The position numbers and the translations under genes are program-made. 64,000 bases of DNA from assembly GCA_945877805.1 (NCBI GenBank), contig CAMCSM010000002.1, forward strand, positions 2,650-66,649, given 5' to 3'. The notes under the pieces are model-generated. The model was not told where the DNA came from, searched no databases, and saw nothing but the letters and a program-made list of their open reading frames with translations. This stretch comes from Methylacidiphilum caldifontis (GTDB lineage Bacteria > Verrucomicrobiota > Verrucomicrobiia > Methylacidiphilales > CAMAQI01). Positions 7,748 through 17,518 of this stretch are shown piece after piece (position 1 is the first letter of the stretch; every line of letters starts with the position of its first letter).

Positions 7748-10700
7748 ATGAAACGCAAGTGGCAACATCCAGAAAACACACAGAACGGCAAGCAATACTG
7801 GCGCAGCTTAGATGAGCTCTCCGGAACGCCTGCGTTTAGCAAATGGCTCCAACGCGAATTTCCCGCAGGGGCCGATGAACTCGAGCTCGATGCCGTCAGT
7901 CGTCGTAGCTTTCTCCGTCTCATGGGCGGATCGCTCGCGCTTGCTGGACTCGGAATGACCGGTTGCCGTCGTCCCGAAGGTTACATTGTCCCTTTCACCA
8001 ACTCTCCTGAGTGGATGGTTCCTGGAAAAACAACTCTTTACTCAACTGCAATGCCTCGTCGCCGCGGTGCCGTCTCTTTACATGCGACGACTTATGAAGG
8101 TCGTCCGACAAAGCTAGATGGAAATCCGCTATTAAACAACGGTCTCTCGGACTCACATGTTCAAGCGGCAATTCTTGATCTCTATGATCCAGACCGCACC
8201 CGTTTCTTTAAAAAAGGGAATAAGAAAGTCGATCTCGCTGCTTTTGCAACCTTTATCGAAGAGGTTTCAAAGAGTTATGCCTCGACTCAAGGGGAGGGGC
8301 TTGCTTTCCTCACAGAATCATCGACTTCGCCAACGCTCCAACGTCTTCGCGCTGAATTTAAATCAAAATTCCCCAAGGCGCTCATCTCTGCCTACGAAGC
8401 GATTTCGACCGATTCAGAGCTGAAAGCGACGGAGATTGCCTTTGGTCAACGTCTTCAACTCCTTCCTCAGTTTGATAAAGCCGATGTGATTCTTTCACTC
8501 GATTGCGATTTCTGCGCAACCGATGAAGGGGGAATTGGGGCGATTAAAGGATTTGCCTCCCGTCGTCGCGTTCGTAAATCAGGCGACACGATGAATCGTC
8601 TTTATGTCGCTGAAAGCCGGATCACCAGCACCGGCGGAATGGCCGATCATCGTCTTCGTCTCAAAGCCTCGCAACAGCCGGCCTTCCTCGCTTTAGTTGC
8701 TAAAGAGATGGCGGCTAACGGAGCCGGAGCCGATCTCATGACGCTTGCGAATAGTGTTTCTGGATCTGTCACCTTCACAGAAGTTCAACAGCGTTGGGCA
8801 CGTGAAACCGCCATTGATTTAATTAAGTATGGGAAGGGAATGGTCGTTGTCGGAAGTCAACAGCCGGTGGCCGTTCATTTGCTGGCGATTGCCATCAATC
8901 AAGCTCTGGGGGCTTATCGCAACGAAGTGATTCGAGTCACGGCCCCTGTTCAAATTCCAGCCGCTCCTTTTTCTGATCTCGTCACAGCAGTTAAAGCCGG
9001 TTCAGTCAAAACACTTTTCATCATTGGCGGAAATCCAGTTTACAATACTCCTGCCGATCTCGCTTGGGCTGATTTACAAAAATCGGTCGAGCAAGTGGTG
9101 CGCGTCGGTTCTTATGATGATGAGACGACTTCCGTTAAATCGGATTGGACGATTCCTCTCGCCCATTTCCTTGAAACTTGGGGAGATGCTCGTGCGGTTG
9201 ATGGAACCTACCTTGCGCTTCAGCCGATGATTCTCCCGCTCTTCGGTGCGGTTTCAGAGCTCCAAATTTTTGCTGCTCTCTTAGGTGAAAAAGAGTGTCT
9301 CATGCCGCTTCCGGTGGTTGCCCCTGCGAAAGTGGCGGCTCCAACAGTTCCAGGTCAAGTGAGCAATCTTCCGATTCCTCCAGAGTTGACGGTGGTTCAA
9401 AAAACCTTTGTCGAAGTGACTAAAGCAAACAACTGGAATAAGCTCCTTCACGACGGTTTCTGGGCCGGTTCCGCTTTTGCCCATGTAGCGGTCGCTTATC
9501 GCTCCGCAGCCGTGGTCGATTCGGTCAAACAAAATTTCCCAAGCTATCAAGAAGGACTCGAAGTCACTTTCTTTGCTTGTCCAAAAATTGATGACGGTCG
9601 CTATGCGAACAACGGATGGCTCCAAGAGCTGCCCGATGTTCAATCGAAGTTGACTTGGGATAACGCCGCTTACGTCAGCTATACCACCGCTCGCAAACTC
9701 GGATTAAGAATTGCGGAGATCAAGCCGCTCACGATTGCATTGGATCCGACTGAGGTCAAACGTCGCGAAGAGAATCCTACTTTGGAACTCGATGGGGATG
9801 ATGCCGATGTCGTGATCATTGAGGTCGATGGACGTTCGATTGAGATTCCGGTTTATGTGATGCCCGGTCAAGCCGACGATTCGATTGCGATTGCGCTCGG
9901 ATACGGAAGATCCTTTAACGGTTATGTCGGCAACAAGGTCGGATCAAATGCCTTTGCGATTCGAACCTCTGCGAATTTATTGGTCGCTCAAAACGTTAAA
10001 CTCAGTCGTGCGAATAAAGATTTTAGACTCGCTCAAACCCAACACCATTTCAGCATGGAAGGTCGTGCGATTGTTCGTGAGTTGACTTTGGAAGAGTTTA
10101 ATAAGAATGCGGGGATCGTGAAGGTCATGGGAATCGATGGTCACCAACCAGAAGATATGGCCTCTCTTTATGAAACCCAAATGGGAACGGGCCATCGTCC
10201 GCAACTCTCTGATCCTCATCAATGGGGAATGGTCATCGATTTAACGACCTGTGTCGGTTGTAATGCTTGCGTCGTTGCTTGCCAAAGTGAGAACAATATT
10301 CCGATCGTCGGAAAGAATCAAGTCGGACGCGGTCGATCGATGCATTGGATGCGAATCGATCGTTACTATTCCGAATCTCCTACCGATCCACAAATGGCCG
10401 TTCAACCGATGCTCTGTCAGCATTGCGAAAATGCACCGTGCGAAACGGTTTGCCCAGTGAATGCGACCGTTCACAGTGAAGATGGATTAAATGTGATGGC
10501 TTATAATCGTTGTATCGGAACTCGATATTGCGCGAACAACTGTCCGTATAAAGTTCGTCGTTTTAATTTCTTCGATTACAACAAGCGTAAAGTCAATAAA
10601 TCACATAAGCTACTTGGATTCGAAGTCGGCAATCTTTACTTTGGACCGTTCGGCGAGCAAAACGAAGATAAGATGGCCGAGATGCAAAAGAATCCGAATG

Positions 10701-11131
10701 TCACCGTGCGGATGCGTGGTGTCATGGAGAAGTGTACTTTTTGTATCCAACGCGTCGAAGAGGCAAAGATCAATTCCCTTCGCCTTTCGAAGAATACGGA
10801 AAAGCAGAAAGTTGCAACCGACTCCTTTAAATCAGCCTGTCAACAGGCCTGTCCCGCAGAGGCGATTGTCTTTGGTGATATCGCTAATCCGGAGAGCGAA
10901 GTGACCAAGCTTCGTGCTTTGGATCAAAACTACGGCGTTCTTTCCTATCTTGGAACTCGTCCTCGTGTGACTTACTTAGCGCGCGTTCGGAATCCAAATC
11001 CATTACTCCCGGATGACTATGAAAAAGTCGGACTTAAGAGTGATTGGGATAAACAAAGTCATCTCGGCGGACATGGAAATGGCCATGGCGAGGAACACGG
11101 AGCTCATAAAAGTGAGCCCGCACACCACTAA
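7748..11131 (+). CDS. actB: alternative complex III subunit ActB (molybdopterin-oxidoreductase-like plus 4Fe-4S ferredoxin domain)
   Basis: The YWRSLDEL...EFP leader and the Tat motif SRRSFLRLMGG. Cys clusters CVGCNACVVAC, CQHCENAPCETVCP and CIGTRYCANNCPYKVRRFN. 1127 aa. Confidence 0.9.
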   Translation: MKRKWQHPENTQNGKQYWRSLDELSGTPAFSKWLQREFPAGADELELDAVSRRSFLRLMGGSLALAGLGMTGCRRPEGYIVPFTNSPEWMVPGKTTLYSTAMPRRRGAVSLHATTYEGRPTKLDGNPLLNNGLSDSHVQAAILDLYDPDRTRFFKKGNKKVDLAAFATFIEEVSKSYASTQGEGLAFLTESSTSPTLQRLRAEFKSKFPKALISAYEAISTDSELKATEIAFGQRLQLLPQFDKADVILSLDCDFCATDEGGIGAIKGFASRRRVRKSGDTMNRLYVAESRITSTGGMADHRLRLKASQQPAFLALVAKEMAANGAGADLMTLANSVSGSVTFTEVQQRWARETAIDLIKYGKGMVVVGSQQPVAVHLLAIAINQALGAYRNEVIRVTAPVQIPAAPFSDLVTAVKAGSVKTLFIIGGNPVYNTPADLAWADLQKSVEQVVRVGSYDDETTSVKSDWTIPLAHFLETWGDARAVDGTYLALQPMILPLFGAVSELQIFAALLGEKECLMPLPVVAPAKVAAPTVPGQVSNLPIPPELTVVQKTFVEVTKANNWNKLLHDGFWAGSAFAHVAVAYRSAAVVDSVKQNFPSYQEGLEVTFFACPKIDDGRYANNGWLQELPDVQSKLTWDNAAYVSYTTARKLGLRIAEIKPLTIALDPTEVKRREENPTLELDGDDADVVIIEVDGRSIEIPVYVMPGQADDSIAIALGYGRSFNGYVGNKVGSNAFAIRTSANLLVAQNVKLSRANKDFRLAQTQHHFSMEGRAIVRELTLEEFNKNAGIVKVMGIDGHQPEDMASLYETQMGTGHRPQLSDPHQWGMVIDLTTCVGCNACVVACQSENNIPIVGKNQVGRGRSMHWMRIDRYYSESPTDPQMAVQPMLCQHCENAPCETVCPVNATVHSEDGLNVMAYNRCIGTRYCANNCPYKVRRFNFFDYNKRKVNKSHKLLGFEVGNLYFGPFGEQNEDKMAEMQKNPNVTVRMRGVMEKCTFCIQRVEEAKINSLRLSKNTEKQKVATDSFKSACQQACPAEAIVFGDIANPESEVTKLRALDQNYGVLSYLGTRPRVTYLARVRNPNPLLPDDYEKVGLKSDWDKQSHLGGHGNGHGEEHGAHKSEPAHH

Positions 11132-11153
11132 AGAAGCACAAGGGTAAACAATT

Positions 11154-12593
11154 ATGGCGCATGGCACGACATCAGTGAACGCGAATAGCCCCGACTACAT
11201 CGCTGCGGCGAAGCAGGTCGAACGTCCTCCTCTCGTAGGGGGAGGTCACGGCTTTCATTGGATCACCGAAAAAATTTGTTCAATCATCGAGTGTGATACC
11301 CCTCGTTGGTGGTGGATCGCATTTTTTATTACCGGAGCTATTTCGCTTCTCGTTCCGCTGAGTTTGATTTATCTCGTCTCCACCGGAATTGGAACTTGGG
11401 GATTAAATCATCCCGTCGGTTGGGCTTGGGATATTACGAACTTCGTTTTTTGGATCGGGATCGGACACGCTGGAACGCTGATTTCTGCGATTCTCTTTTT
11501 GACTCGTCAAAAATGGCGTACCTCAATTAATCGTGCGGCCGAAGCGATGACCCTTTTTGCGGTGATCTGTGCCGGAATCTTTCCGGCCTTTCACGTCGGA
11601 CGTGTCTGGTTTGCCTGGTTTTTGGCTCCCGTTCCTCAAGCGAATGCGATTTGGCCGAACTTCCGTAGTCCGTTGCTCTGGGACGTTTTTGCGGTCTCGA
11701 CCTACTTCACGGTTTCAGTTCTTTTTTGGTACACCGGTTTGATTCCTGATTTCGCTACCTTACGGGATCGCGAAGTGAAGGTCTGGAAAAAGAAACTTTA
11801 TCATATCCTCTCCTTTGGCTGGCGCTCTTCGAATCGTCAATGGAAGCATTATGAAATGGCTTATCTCTGTCTCGCCGGTTTAAGTACCCCGTTGGTGCTT
11901 TCGGTTCACTCCATCGTTTCCTTTGACTTTGCGACCTCAATCGTTCCTGGTTGGCATACGACGATTTTCCCTCCCTACTTTGTGGCGGGAGCGATCTTCG
12001 GAGGATTTGCGATGGTGTTGACGGTGATGCTTCCGTTCCGAAAGATTTTCGGATTGGAGGATTTGATCACGGAAAAGCATATCGATAATATGTGTAAGAT
12101 CATTTTGTTGACTGGCTCGATCGTCGGTTATGCCTATTTGATGGAGCTTTTTATTGCTTGGTATAGCGGCAATCCGTACGAAAAATATGCTTTCTGGAAT
12201 CGTGCTTTAGGGCCGTATTGGTGGTCCTATTGGGGGATGATGATTTGTAACGTCTTGATTCCACAGCTTTTCTGGGTGAACAAATTCCGTAAAAATGTGG
12301 TGGCGGTTTGGATTATCGTTTGGGGTCCGAACATTGGAATGTGGTACGAGCGTTTCGTGATCATCGTGACCTCGATTCATCGCGACTTCCTTCCCTCCTC
12401 GTGGGGAATGTTTAAGCCTGCGCTGAATGACATCACCCTCTTTGTCGGAACTTGTGGTTTATTTACGTGGCTGTTTTTGGTCTTTATCCGATTCCTTCCG
12501 GTGATTGCGATTGCGGAGGTGAAAGGGGTGGTTCCTGAAGCGGATCCCCACTTCCATGGAAAAGAGGATCCTAAGGGAGGTCATCATGTCTAA
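11154..12593 (+). CDS. actC: alternative complex III subunit ActC (NrfD/PsrC-like quinol-interacting membrane subunit)
   Basis: Polytopic membrane protein containing [31 protein letters not shown] (NrfD-like). Its position after actB supports the call. Confidence 0.9.
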   Translation: MAHGTTSVNANSPDYIAAAKQVERPPLVGGGHGFHWITEKICSIIECDTPRWWWIAFFITGAISLLVPLSLIYLVSTGIGTWGLNHPVGWAWDITNFVFWIGIGHAGTLISAILFLTRQKWRTSINRAAEAMTLFAVICAGIFPAFHVGRVWFAWFLAPVPQANAIWPNFRSPLLWDVFAVSTYFTVSVLFWYTGLIPDFATLRDREVKVWKKKLYHILSFGWRSSNRQWKHYEMAYLCLAGLSTPLVLSVHSIVSFDFATSIVPGWHTTIFPPYFVAGAIFGGFAMVLTVMLPFRKIFGLEDLITEKHIDNMCKIILLTGSIVGYAYLMELFIAWYSGNPYEKYAFWNRALGPYWWSYWGMMICNVLIPQLFWVNKFRKNVVAVWIIVWGPNIGMWYERFVIIVTSIHRDFLPSSWGMFKPALNDITLFVGTCGLFTWLFLVFIRFLPVIAIAEVKGVVPEADPHFHGKEDPKGGHHV

Positions 12594-13173
12594 TGCACCG
12601 GTTTATGGCGTAGGGGCTGAGTTTAAGTCGGCAACAGATCTTTATCATGCGGCAGAGGTTGTCCGTGATAAAGGATTCAAATGGTGGGATACCTATTCCC
12701 CTTATCCGATCCACGGCATGGAGAATGCCATGGGCACAGGCAAGTCATGGGTCTCGATGTTTGTTTTGGGTGGAGGAATGACGGGGTTTACCCTCGGTAT
12801 TTCTTTGGAGTCGTTGACTTCGATCCCTCGTCCTGAGTTTCTCAAAGATATTCAGAGCGGTTGGTTACTCGATCTTTTTTATCCGCTCATTGTGAATGGA
12901 AAGCCGTATTGGGCCTTACCGGCTTTCTTCCCGGTGATGTTTGAGCTGACGATTTTGCTCTCGGCATTTGGGGCGATTATCGGAATGTTGATTTGTAACA
13001 TTTTACCTCGATTGAACCACCCGGTTTTCAATTGGGAGCTTTTCTGCAAAAGAGCGAGCGATGATAGCTTCTTTTTAATCATTGAAGCGGCCGATCCTCT
13101 TTATGCGGAAGAAGAGACGAAGAAGCTATTGGAAGAACTGGGTGGAACCCAAATCACGGTGATTTCAAAATGA
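12586..13173 (+). CDS. actD: alternative complex III subunit ActD (DUF3341)
   Basis: An internal ATG preceded by AAGGGAGG overlaps the actC stop. [45 protein letters not shown] is typical of ActD. Confidence 0.8.
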   Translation: MSNAPVYGVGAEFKSATDLYHAAEVVRDKGFKWWDTYSPYPIHGMENAMGTGKSWVSMFVLGGGMTGFTLGISLESLTSIPRPEFLKDIQSGWLLDLFYPLIVNGKPYWALPAFFPVMFELTILLSAFGAIIGMLICNILPRLNHPVFNWELFCKRASDDSFFLIIEAADPLYAEEETKKLLEELGGTQITVISK

Positions 13174-13787
13174 GATACTACCTTCTAGGATTATTTGTAG
13201 CGGTCACAGCGATTCTCTGTGTCGTCGGTTTTCGTGGTCAAAAGACAGAGCGAACACCGATCGAGATCTTTGATGACATGGATCGCCAGGCCAAAGTGAA
13301 ATATCAAAAGCCAAGTGAATTCTTTGCGAATGGTCAAGGGTCACGGATGCCGATTACGGGAACAGTTCCTGCGACGATTCCGATTGATGATGACTATTTC
13401 GTCACCGGAGCGATCGGAAATCAGTGGGGAGATGGAATGCCAAAAAGCGTGACGGTTTCCACTAAGTTTATGGTCGCTGGTAAGGAGCGTTATGAGATTA
13501 ACTGTCGTGTCTGTCACGGATCGACGGGAGTGGGCAACGGCATTGTGACTCAGTACGGATTGGCGGGAGTCGCTAATTTGACGGATGATCGTATTCGAGC
13601 GATGTCCGATGGAGAGCTCTTTAATACCATTACCAAGGGTAAAGGGCAAATGATGGGCTACGGGGCGAATATCACCCCTCAGGATCGATGGGCGATTGTC
13701 GCTTATGTGCGGGCACTTCAACGAAGCCAAAAAACTTCATTGAATGACGTTCCAGAAACTGAACGTGAAAAGTTGCTGAAAAAATAA
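13170..13787 (+). CDS. actE: alternative complex III subunit ActE (monoheme cytochrome c)
   Basis: N-terminal TM helix and a single CRVCHG heme motif. ATGA overlap with actD. Confidence 0.8.
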   Translation: MRYYLLGLFVAVTAILCVVGFRGQKTERTPIEIFDDMDRQAKVKYQKPSEFFANGQGSRMPITGTVPATIPIDDDYFVTGAIGNQWGDGMPKSVTVSTKFMVAGKERYEINCRVCHGSTGVGNGIVTQYGLAGVANLTDDRIRAMSDGELFNTITKGKGQMMGYGANITPQDRWAIVAYVRALQRSQKTSLNDVPETEREKLLKK

Positions 13788-13800
13788 CAGGTTAAAAGTC

Positions 13801-15027
13801 ATGGAAGCAAAAGTTCAAGATCGAGTCAGTTTAAAGAAAGAGGACCTAGGGGGGACGATTACCGCCCTTTGGGCCATTGGTATTGTCGGATTGATTGGGG
13901 CGGCGATTGGCTGTCACCTGAATCCGAAGGCCTTTAATTTTTCTTGGTTATTTTCTTTCATGGTATTTTATACGATGGCGGCCGGTTCCTTTTTCTGGCT
14001 CGTTGTTCAACATGCGACGAATTCCGGATGGAATACCTTGGTGCGTCGTCAATTGGAGAATGTTGTCGGGGTATTTCCTTATTTGGCCTTATTCTTTATT
14101 CCGTTATTGCCGATTGTCGGCGGGGATCGACTTCATTCACTCTGGCCTTGGTTGAATCCAGCGGTGACGGATCATGATCCGCTATATCATGCAAAAGCCG
14201 GTTATTTTACGATGGGTTTTGATTGGCCTGCTTTTTTTTATCTGCGTTTGGCCATTTACTTTACGACTTTTGTGTTGGTGGGCTCATGGTTCCGTCGTCG
14301 GTCGCTGCAGCAAGATAGCGATGGTCATCCGATTCACTCGGTGGTGATGAGAAAGACCTCCTACGGCGTGATTGCGCTCTTTGCAATCAGTATCAGTTTC
14401 TCTGCGATCGATTGGATGATGACTATGGACTATCGTTGGTATTCAACGATGTGGGGAGTTTATATCTTTGCAGGCTGTGCGGGATCGGCCATGGCGTTGT
14501 TGGCGATTATTCTTCATTCTTTGAAAGCAAAGGGGTATCTCCAGCTCGTCACCGAGGAGCATTTTCATATTGTCGGTAAATTGATGTTTGCCTTCACGAT
14601 TTTCTGGTCCTATGTCGCTTTCAGTCAATTTATGTTGATCTGGTACGCGAACATTCCGGAAGAGACGATCTTTTATAAAATCCGTAATACCCCTGAATGG
14701 TTTCCGTTAAGTATTGGAATGCTTTTCGGGCATTTTATTATTCCGTTTCTTTGGTTAATCGGACAAGCGGCAAAGAAAACTCCTTGGCGTTTAATTGCAG
14801 GGGCTTCGTGGATGATTTTCATTCATATCTGTGATCTTTATTGGATTATTATGCCCGTCTATCAAAAGAGTCCGATTCCGGATTGGAAGCACTTCCTTCT
14901 CAATGCGAGTTGTTTCTTGGGAATTGGCTGTATTATTGCGGCGGTATTCCTGAGAAATCTGACAAAAGCAAACCTTTACCCGGTGAAGGATCCTCGTCTG
15001 GACGAATCCATTCATTTGAAGAACTAA
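13801..15027 (+). CDS. actF: alternative complex III subunit ActF (second NrfD-like membrane subunit)
   Basis: Polytopic membrane protein at the position after actE. It contains MLIWYANIPEETIFY, typical of ActF/quinol:cytochrome c oxidoreductase membrane proteins. Confidence 0.85.
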   Translation: MEAKVQDRVSLKKEDLGGTITALWAIGIVGLIGAAIGCHLNPKAFNFSWLFSFMVFYTMAAGSFFWLVVQHATNSGWNTLVRRQLENVVGVFPYLALFFIPLLPIVGGDRLHSLWPWLNPAVTDHDPLYHAKAGYFTMGFDWPAFFYLRLAIYFTTFVLVGSWFRRRSLQQDSDGHPIHSVVMRKTSYGVIALFAISISFSAIDWMMTMDYRWYSTMWGVYIFAGCAGSAMALLAIILHSLKAKGYLQLVTEEHFHIVGKLMFAFTIFWSYVAFSQFMLIWYANIPEETIFYKIRNTPEWFPLSIGMLFGHFIIPFLWLIGQAAKKTPWRLIAGASWMIFIHICDLYWIIMPVYQKSPIPDWKHFLLNASCFLGIGCIIAAVFLRNLTKANLYPVKDPRLDESIHLKN

Positions 15028-15035
15028 GGAAATTT

Positions 15036-15368
15036 ATGACAGATACCCATCACTCTTCAGAATCAAAAGGGGGCTTCGGTTCTTTTTTAAAGATCTCCTT
15101 AGGGATTGTTTTTTTTGGTCTTGTGACCGGTTCGATCCTTTGCGCTTATCGTGCAGAGAATAAGACCTATGATCAAACTCGTGCGATTGAGAGAACGAAA
15201 AAGTTAACGGAACTCCGAGTAAAAGAGGCGGCTGTTTTGGATTCTTATGCGGTTGTGGATGAGGCGAAAGGAATTTATCAAATTCCGGTTTCGAGATCGA
15301 TGGAGCTCGAAATAGAGGCGCTTAAGAATAAGCCCCTTCGGCCCGCTGGAGTGATCGTCGTTAAATAA
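15036..15368 (+). CDS. small single-TM protein between the act and cco-like genes
   Basis: An internal ATG 6 nt after the actF stop. One TM helix (ISLGIVFFGLVTGSILCAY) followed by a soluble tail. I recognised no family. Confidence 0.5.
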   Translation: MTDTHHSSESKGGFGSFLKISLGIVFFGLVTGSILCAYRAENKTYDQTRAIERTKKLTELRVKEAAVLDSYAVVDEAKGIYQIPVSRSMELEIEALKNKPLRPAGVIVVK

Positions 15369-15378
15369 AAGGTTTTAT

Positions 15379-16854
15379 ATGAATTGCTCAACAGATATTC
15401 AGTTAGAGGGATGTGGCGATGAGAGCTTAGACCGTTCTTTGCAGGGACCGTTAAGTCTTCTTTTTGTTTGCTCTGCCTTGTGGTTAGTGGTTTCCAGTCT
15501 TTTAGGAGCAGTCGCTTTTTGGCAGCTTAAATTTCCTGGGTTCATTGATTTCCAGGCCGGAATTCAGACGCCGTATATAGGATGGTTTTTTGACCTCATT
15601 CATCAGGCCTTGAATTATGGACGTGCGGTTGCAGCGACGAAGAGCGTGATGATTTACGGGTGGTTGTTACAAGGATTCTTAGGTGTGGCGCTTTGGCTCA
15701 CCGGTCGTTTGACAAAGAAGATGGCTTGTAAAACCGGCAACTATTTTTTACACGGGGCGATTGCGCTTTGGAATATTGGAGTTCTCGTTGGAGTCATTGG
15801 AATTTTTTCTGGTGAAGCGAGTGGCTTTGCGGGATTTGACTTTCCGAAGTATGCGGCTGCGATTCTTTTTGTTGCCTACGCTTTTATTGGTTTAGGGATG
15901 GGAATGCGATTTGCGAAGAAGAGCTGTTCGGTGTCGAAGCCATCGGAATGGTATTTGATCGGGGCAATCTTCTGGTTTCCTTGGTTTTTTGCGGTCGCCT
16001 ACTATTTTGTTTTTTGTAAGGTCATTTTCGGAGTGATGCCTGCCCTCGTCCATGCTTGGTATATCGGAGGACTCGAAGTTCTGGTGTTAGGATCGGTAGC
16101 GGTATCGATTCTTTACTATTTAGTCCCTTCGATTTTGGGAGTGGCTTTAAATCGTGAGCAATCGGCAAAAACTGCTTTTTGGTTTTTTGCCTTTTTAGGG
16201 GCTTGGTCAGGGGTTCGACATCTGGTGGGAGGACCGCTTCCGGCATGGATGATTAGCTCCAGTGTTGTTGCGGGGGTATTGCTTTTAATTCCAGGAACGA
16301 TCAACGCCAACAATCAAATGGTTCCGCTTTGGTCAAACTGGTGCAAGGTTAAGTCGACCCCTGTGCTTTGGTATTTGGCAACGGGTGGGGTTTCCCTTTT
16401 AGTTTGGATCGTGCTTGAGGCCTTTATGTCGCTGAGAGGAGTGAGCGCGGCGCTTCGATTCAGTTATTTTGAAATGGGAGTCTCGGCGGTTTTTGAATAT
16501 GCCTTCTTATCGATGGTTTTATTCGGATCGATCTATGCGATTCTTCCGACGTTGACTGGAAAGGAACTGCCGTGCTGCGTGAAGTGCTGTTCTAAGTGTC
16601 AATTTTGGTGGGGTTTTTGTGGAGTGATTACCTTTTTTACCGGGACTTTTTTTGCGGGGACTTTTATGGGATTGGGAATTAACTTTGCGCCGATGGCCTT
16701 TGTAGCGACGATGAATTTAGCGAGTCCTTTTTTCTGGCTCTCGGTGGTGGGAGGAACGATGGTTCTTCTTGCAAATTTAATCTTCGTTAAAAACGTAGTG
16801 GCAACGCTGTTGGCTGCTTGTTGTGAATCGAATAAGGAAGGATGTTGCTCATGA
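15379..16854 (+). CDS. CcoN-like (cbb3 oxidase subunit I family) membrane protein lacking most metal-ligand histidines
   Basis: Homology blocks to CcoN: YGRAVAATKSVMIYGW, VHAWYIGG..ILYYLVP, WSGVRHLVGGPLPAWM and LLIPGTINANNQM. The whole 491-aa protein contains only 4 His. Cys-rich motifs PCCVKCCSKC and AACCESNKEGCCS. Confidence 0.75.
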   Translation: MNCSTDIQLEGCGDESLDRSLQGPLSLLFVCSALWLVVSSLLGAVAFWQLKFPGFIDFQAGIQTPYIGWFFDLIHQALNYGRAVAATKSVMIYGWLLQGFLGVALWLTGRLTKKMACKTGNYFLHGAIALWNIGVLVGVIGIFSGEASGFAGFDFPKYAAAILFVAYAFIGLGMGMRFAKKSCSVSKPSEWYLIGAIFWFPWFFAVAYYFVFCKVIFGVMPALVHAWYIGGLEVLVLGSVAVSILYYLVPSILGVALNREQSAKTAFWFFAFLGAWSGVRHLVGGPLPAWMISSSVVAGVLLLIPGTINANNQMVPLWSNWCKVKSTPVLWYLATGGVSLLVWIVLEAFMSLRGVSAALRFSYFEMGVSAVFEYAFLSMVLFGSIYAILPTLTGKELPCCVKCCSKCQFWWGFCGVITFFTGTFFAGTFMGLGINFAPMAFVATMNLASPFFWLSVVGGTMVLLANLIFVKNVVATLLAACCESNKEGCCS

Positions 16855-17504
16855 ATGGTTACGGACGTCTTTTTGTCGGAATCTTGCTTGCCTTTGTTTT
16901 TTCTTGGGCGGCGTTGATTTTAGTTCCTTTAAATCAGGTTGGAAATTTAATGCCTTTGGAGGATCAAACCAGTGGGGATCTGAACCCTCCGGCGTTGAGT
17001 GGTTTAGCGAAACGGGGATCTCAAGTCTATGCGGCCAATGGGTGTGCCAGTTGCCATACGCAACAGGTTCGCTCGGAGAGCGGGGGATCGGATATCGCTC
17101 GTCAATGGGGAGCGCGTCAAACAGTTGCCCGTGATTATTTATATCAATCGAATCCGAATTTAGGCTCGATGCGGTTAGGGCCTGATCTTGCCAATTTAGG
17201 GGTAGAGCGTCCTGATTTAAATGCGAATGCAGGGCCGAAGAAAAAATATGAACCGGCCTCGCTTCATCAACTTTTTTATGCTCCTCGATCGATTATGGGA
17301 TCAAGCCATCCGAGTTATTCCTTTTTATATGAGAAACGGGCAATTAAGGGGGTCAATGCAGAGGGCTCTTTGATTCTTCCTGTCGGATTTGAAACAGAAG
17401 AGGGGAAAGAGGTTGTTCCTTCCGAAGATGCTAAAGCGTTGGTCGCTTATCTTCTCTCTTTAAATCGTATGTATGCGCTGCCTGAAGCGCCGGTGAAACC
17501 ATAA
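16851..17504 (+). CDS. CcoO-like monoheme cytochrome c subunit
   Basis: I chose the ATG at 16851 because AAGGAAGG lies about 9 nt upstream and it forms an ATGA overlap with the previous stop. TM anchor, the heme motif GCASCHTQQVR, and GSMRLGPDLANLG, which matches the CcoO GPDL motif. Confidence 0.75.
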   Translation: MNGYGRLFVGILLAFVFSWAALILVPLNQVGNLMPLEDQTSGDLNPPALSGLAKRGSQVYAANGCASCHTQQVRSESGGSDIARQWGARQTVARDYLYQSNPNLGSMRLGPDLANLGVERPDLNANAGPKKKYEPASLHQLFYAPRSIMGSSHPSYSFLYEKRAIKGVNAEGSLILPVGFETEEGKEVVPSEDAKALVAYLLSLNRMYALPEAPVKP

Positions 17505-17518
17505 AGAGGAACGGGTGT

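Noticed and set aside
14841-15035. N-terminal 65 codons of the 14841..15368 ORF
   Set aside because: This part lies entirely inside actF in another frame. The plausible gene starts at the ATG at 15036, just after the actF stop.
16823-17134. 103-aa ORF overlapping the CcoN-like/CcoO-like junction
   Set aside because: It is an alternative frame of the CcoO-like gene with no motifs. The CcoO frame carries the CxxCH and GPDL motifs.
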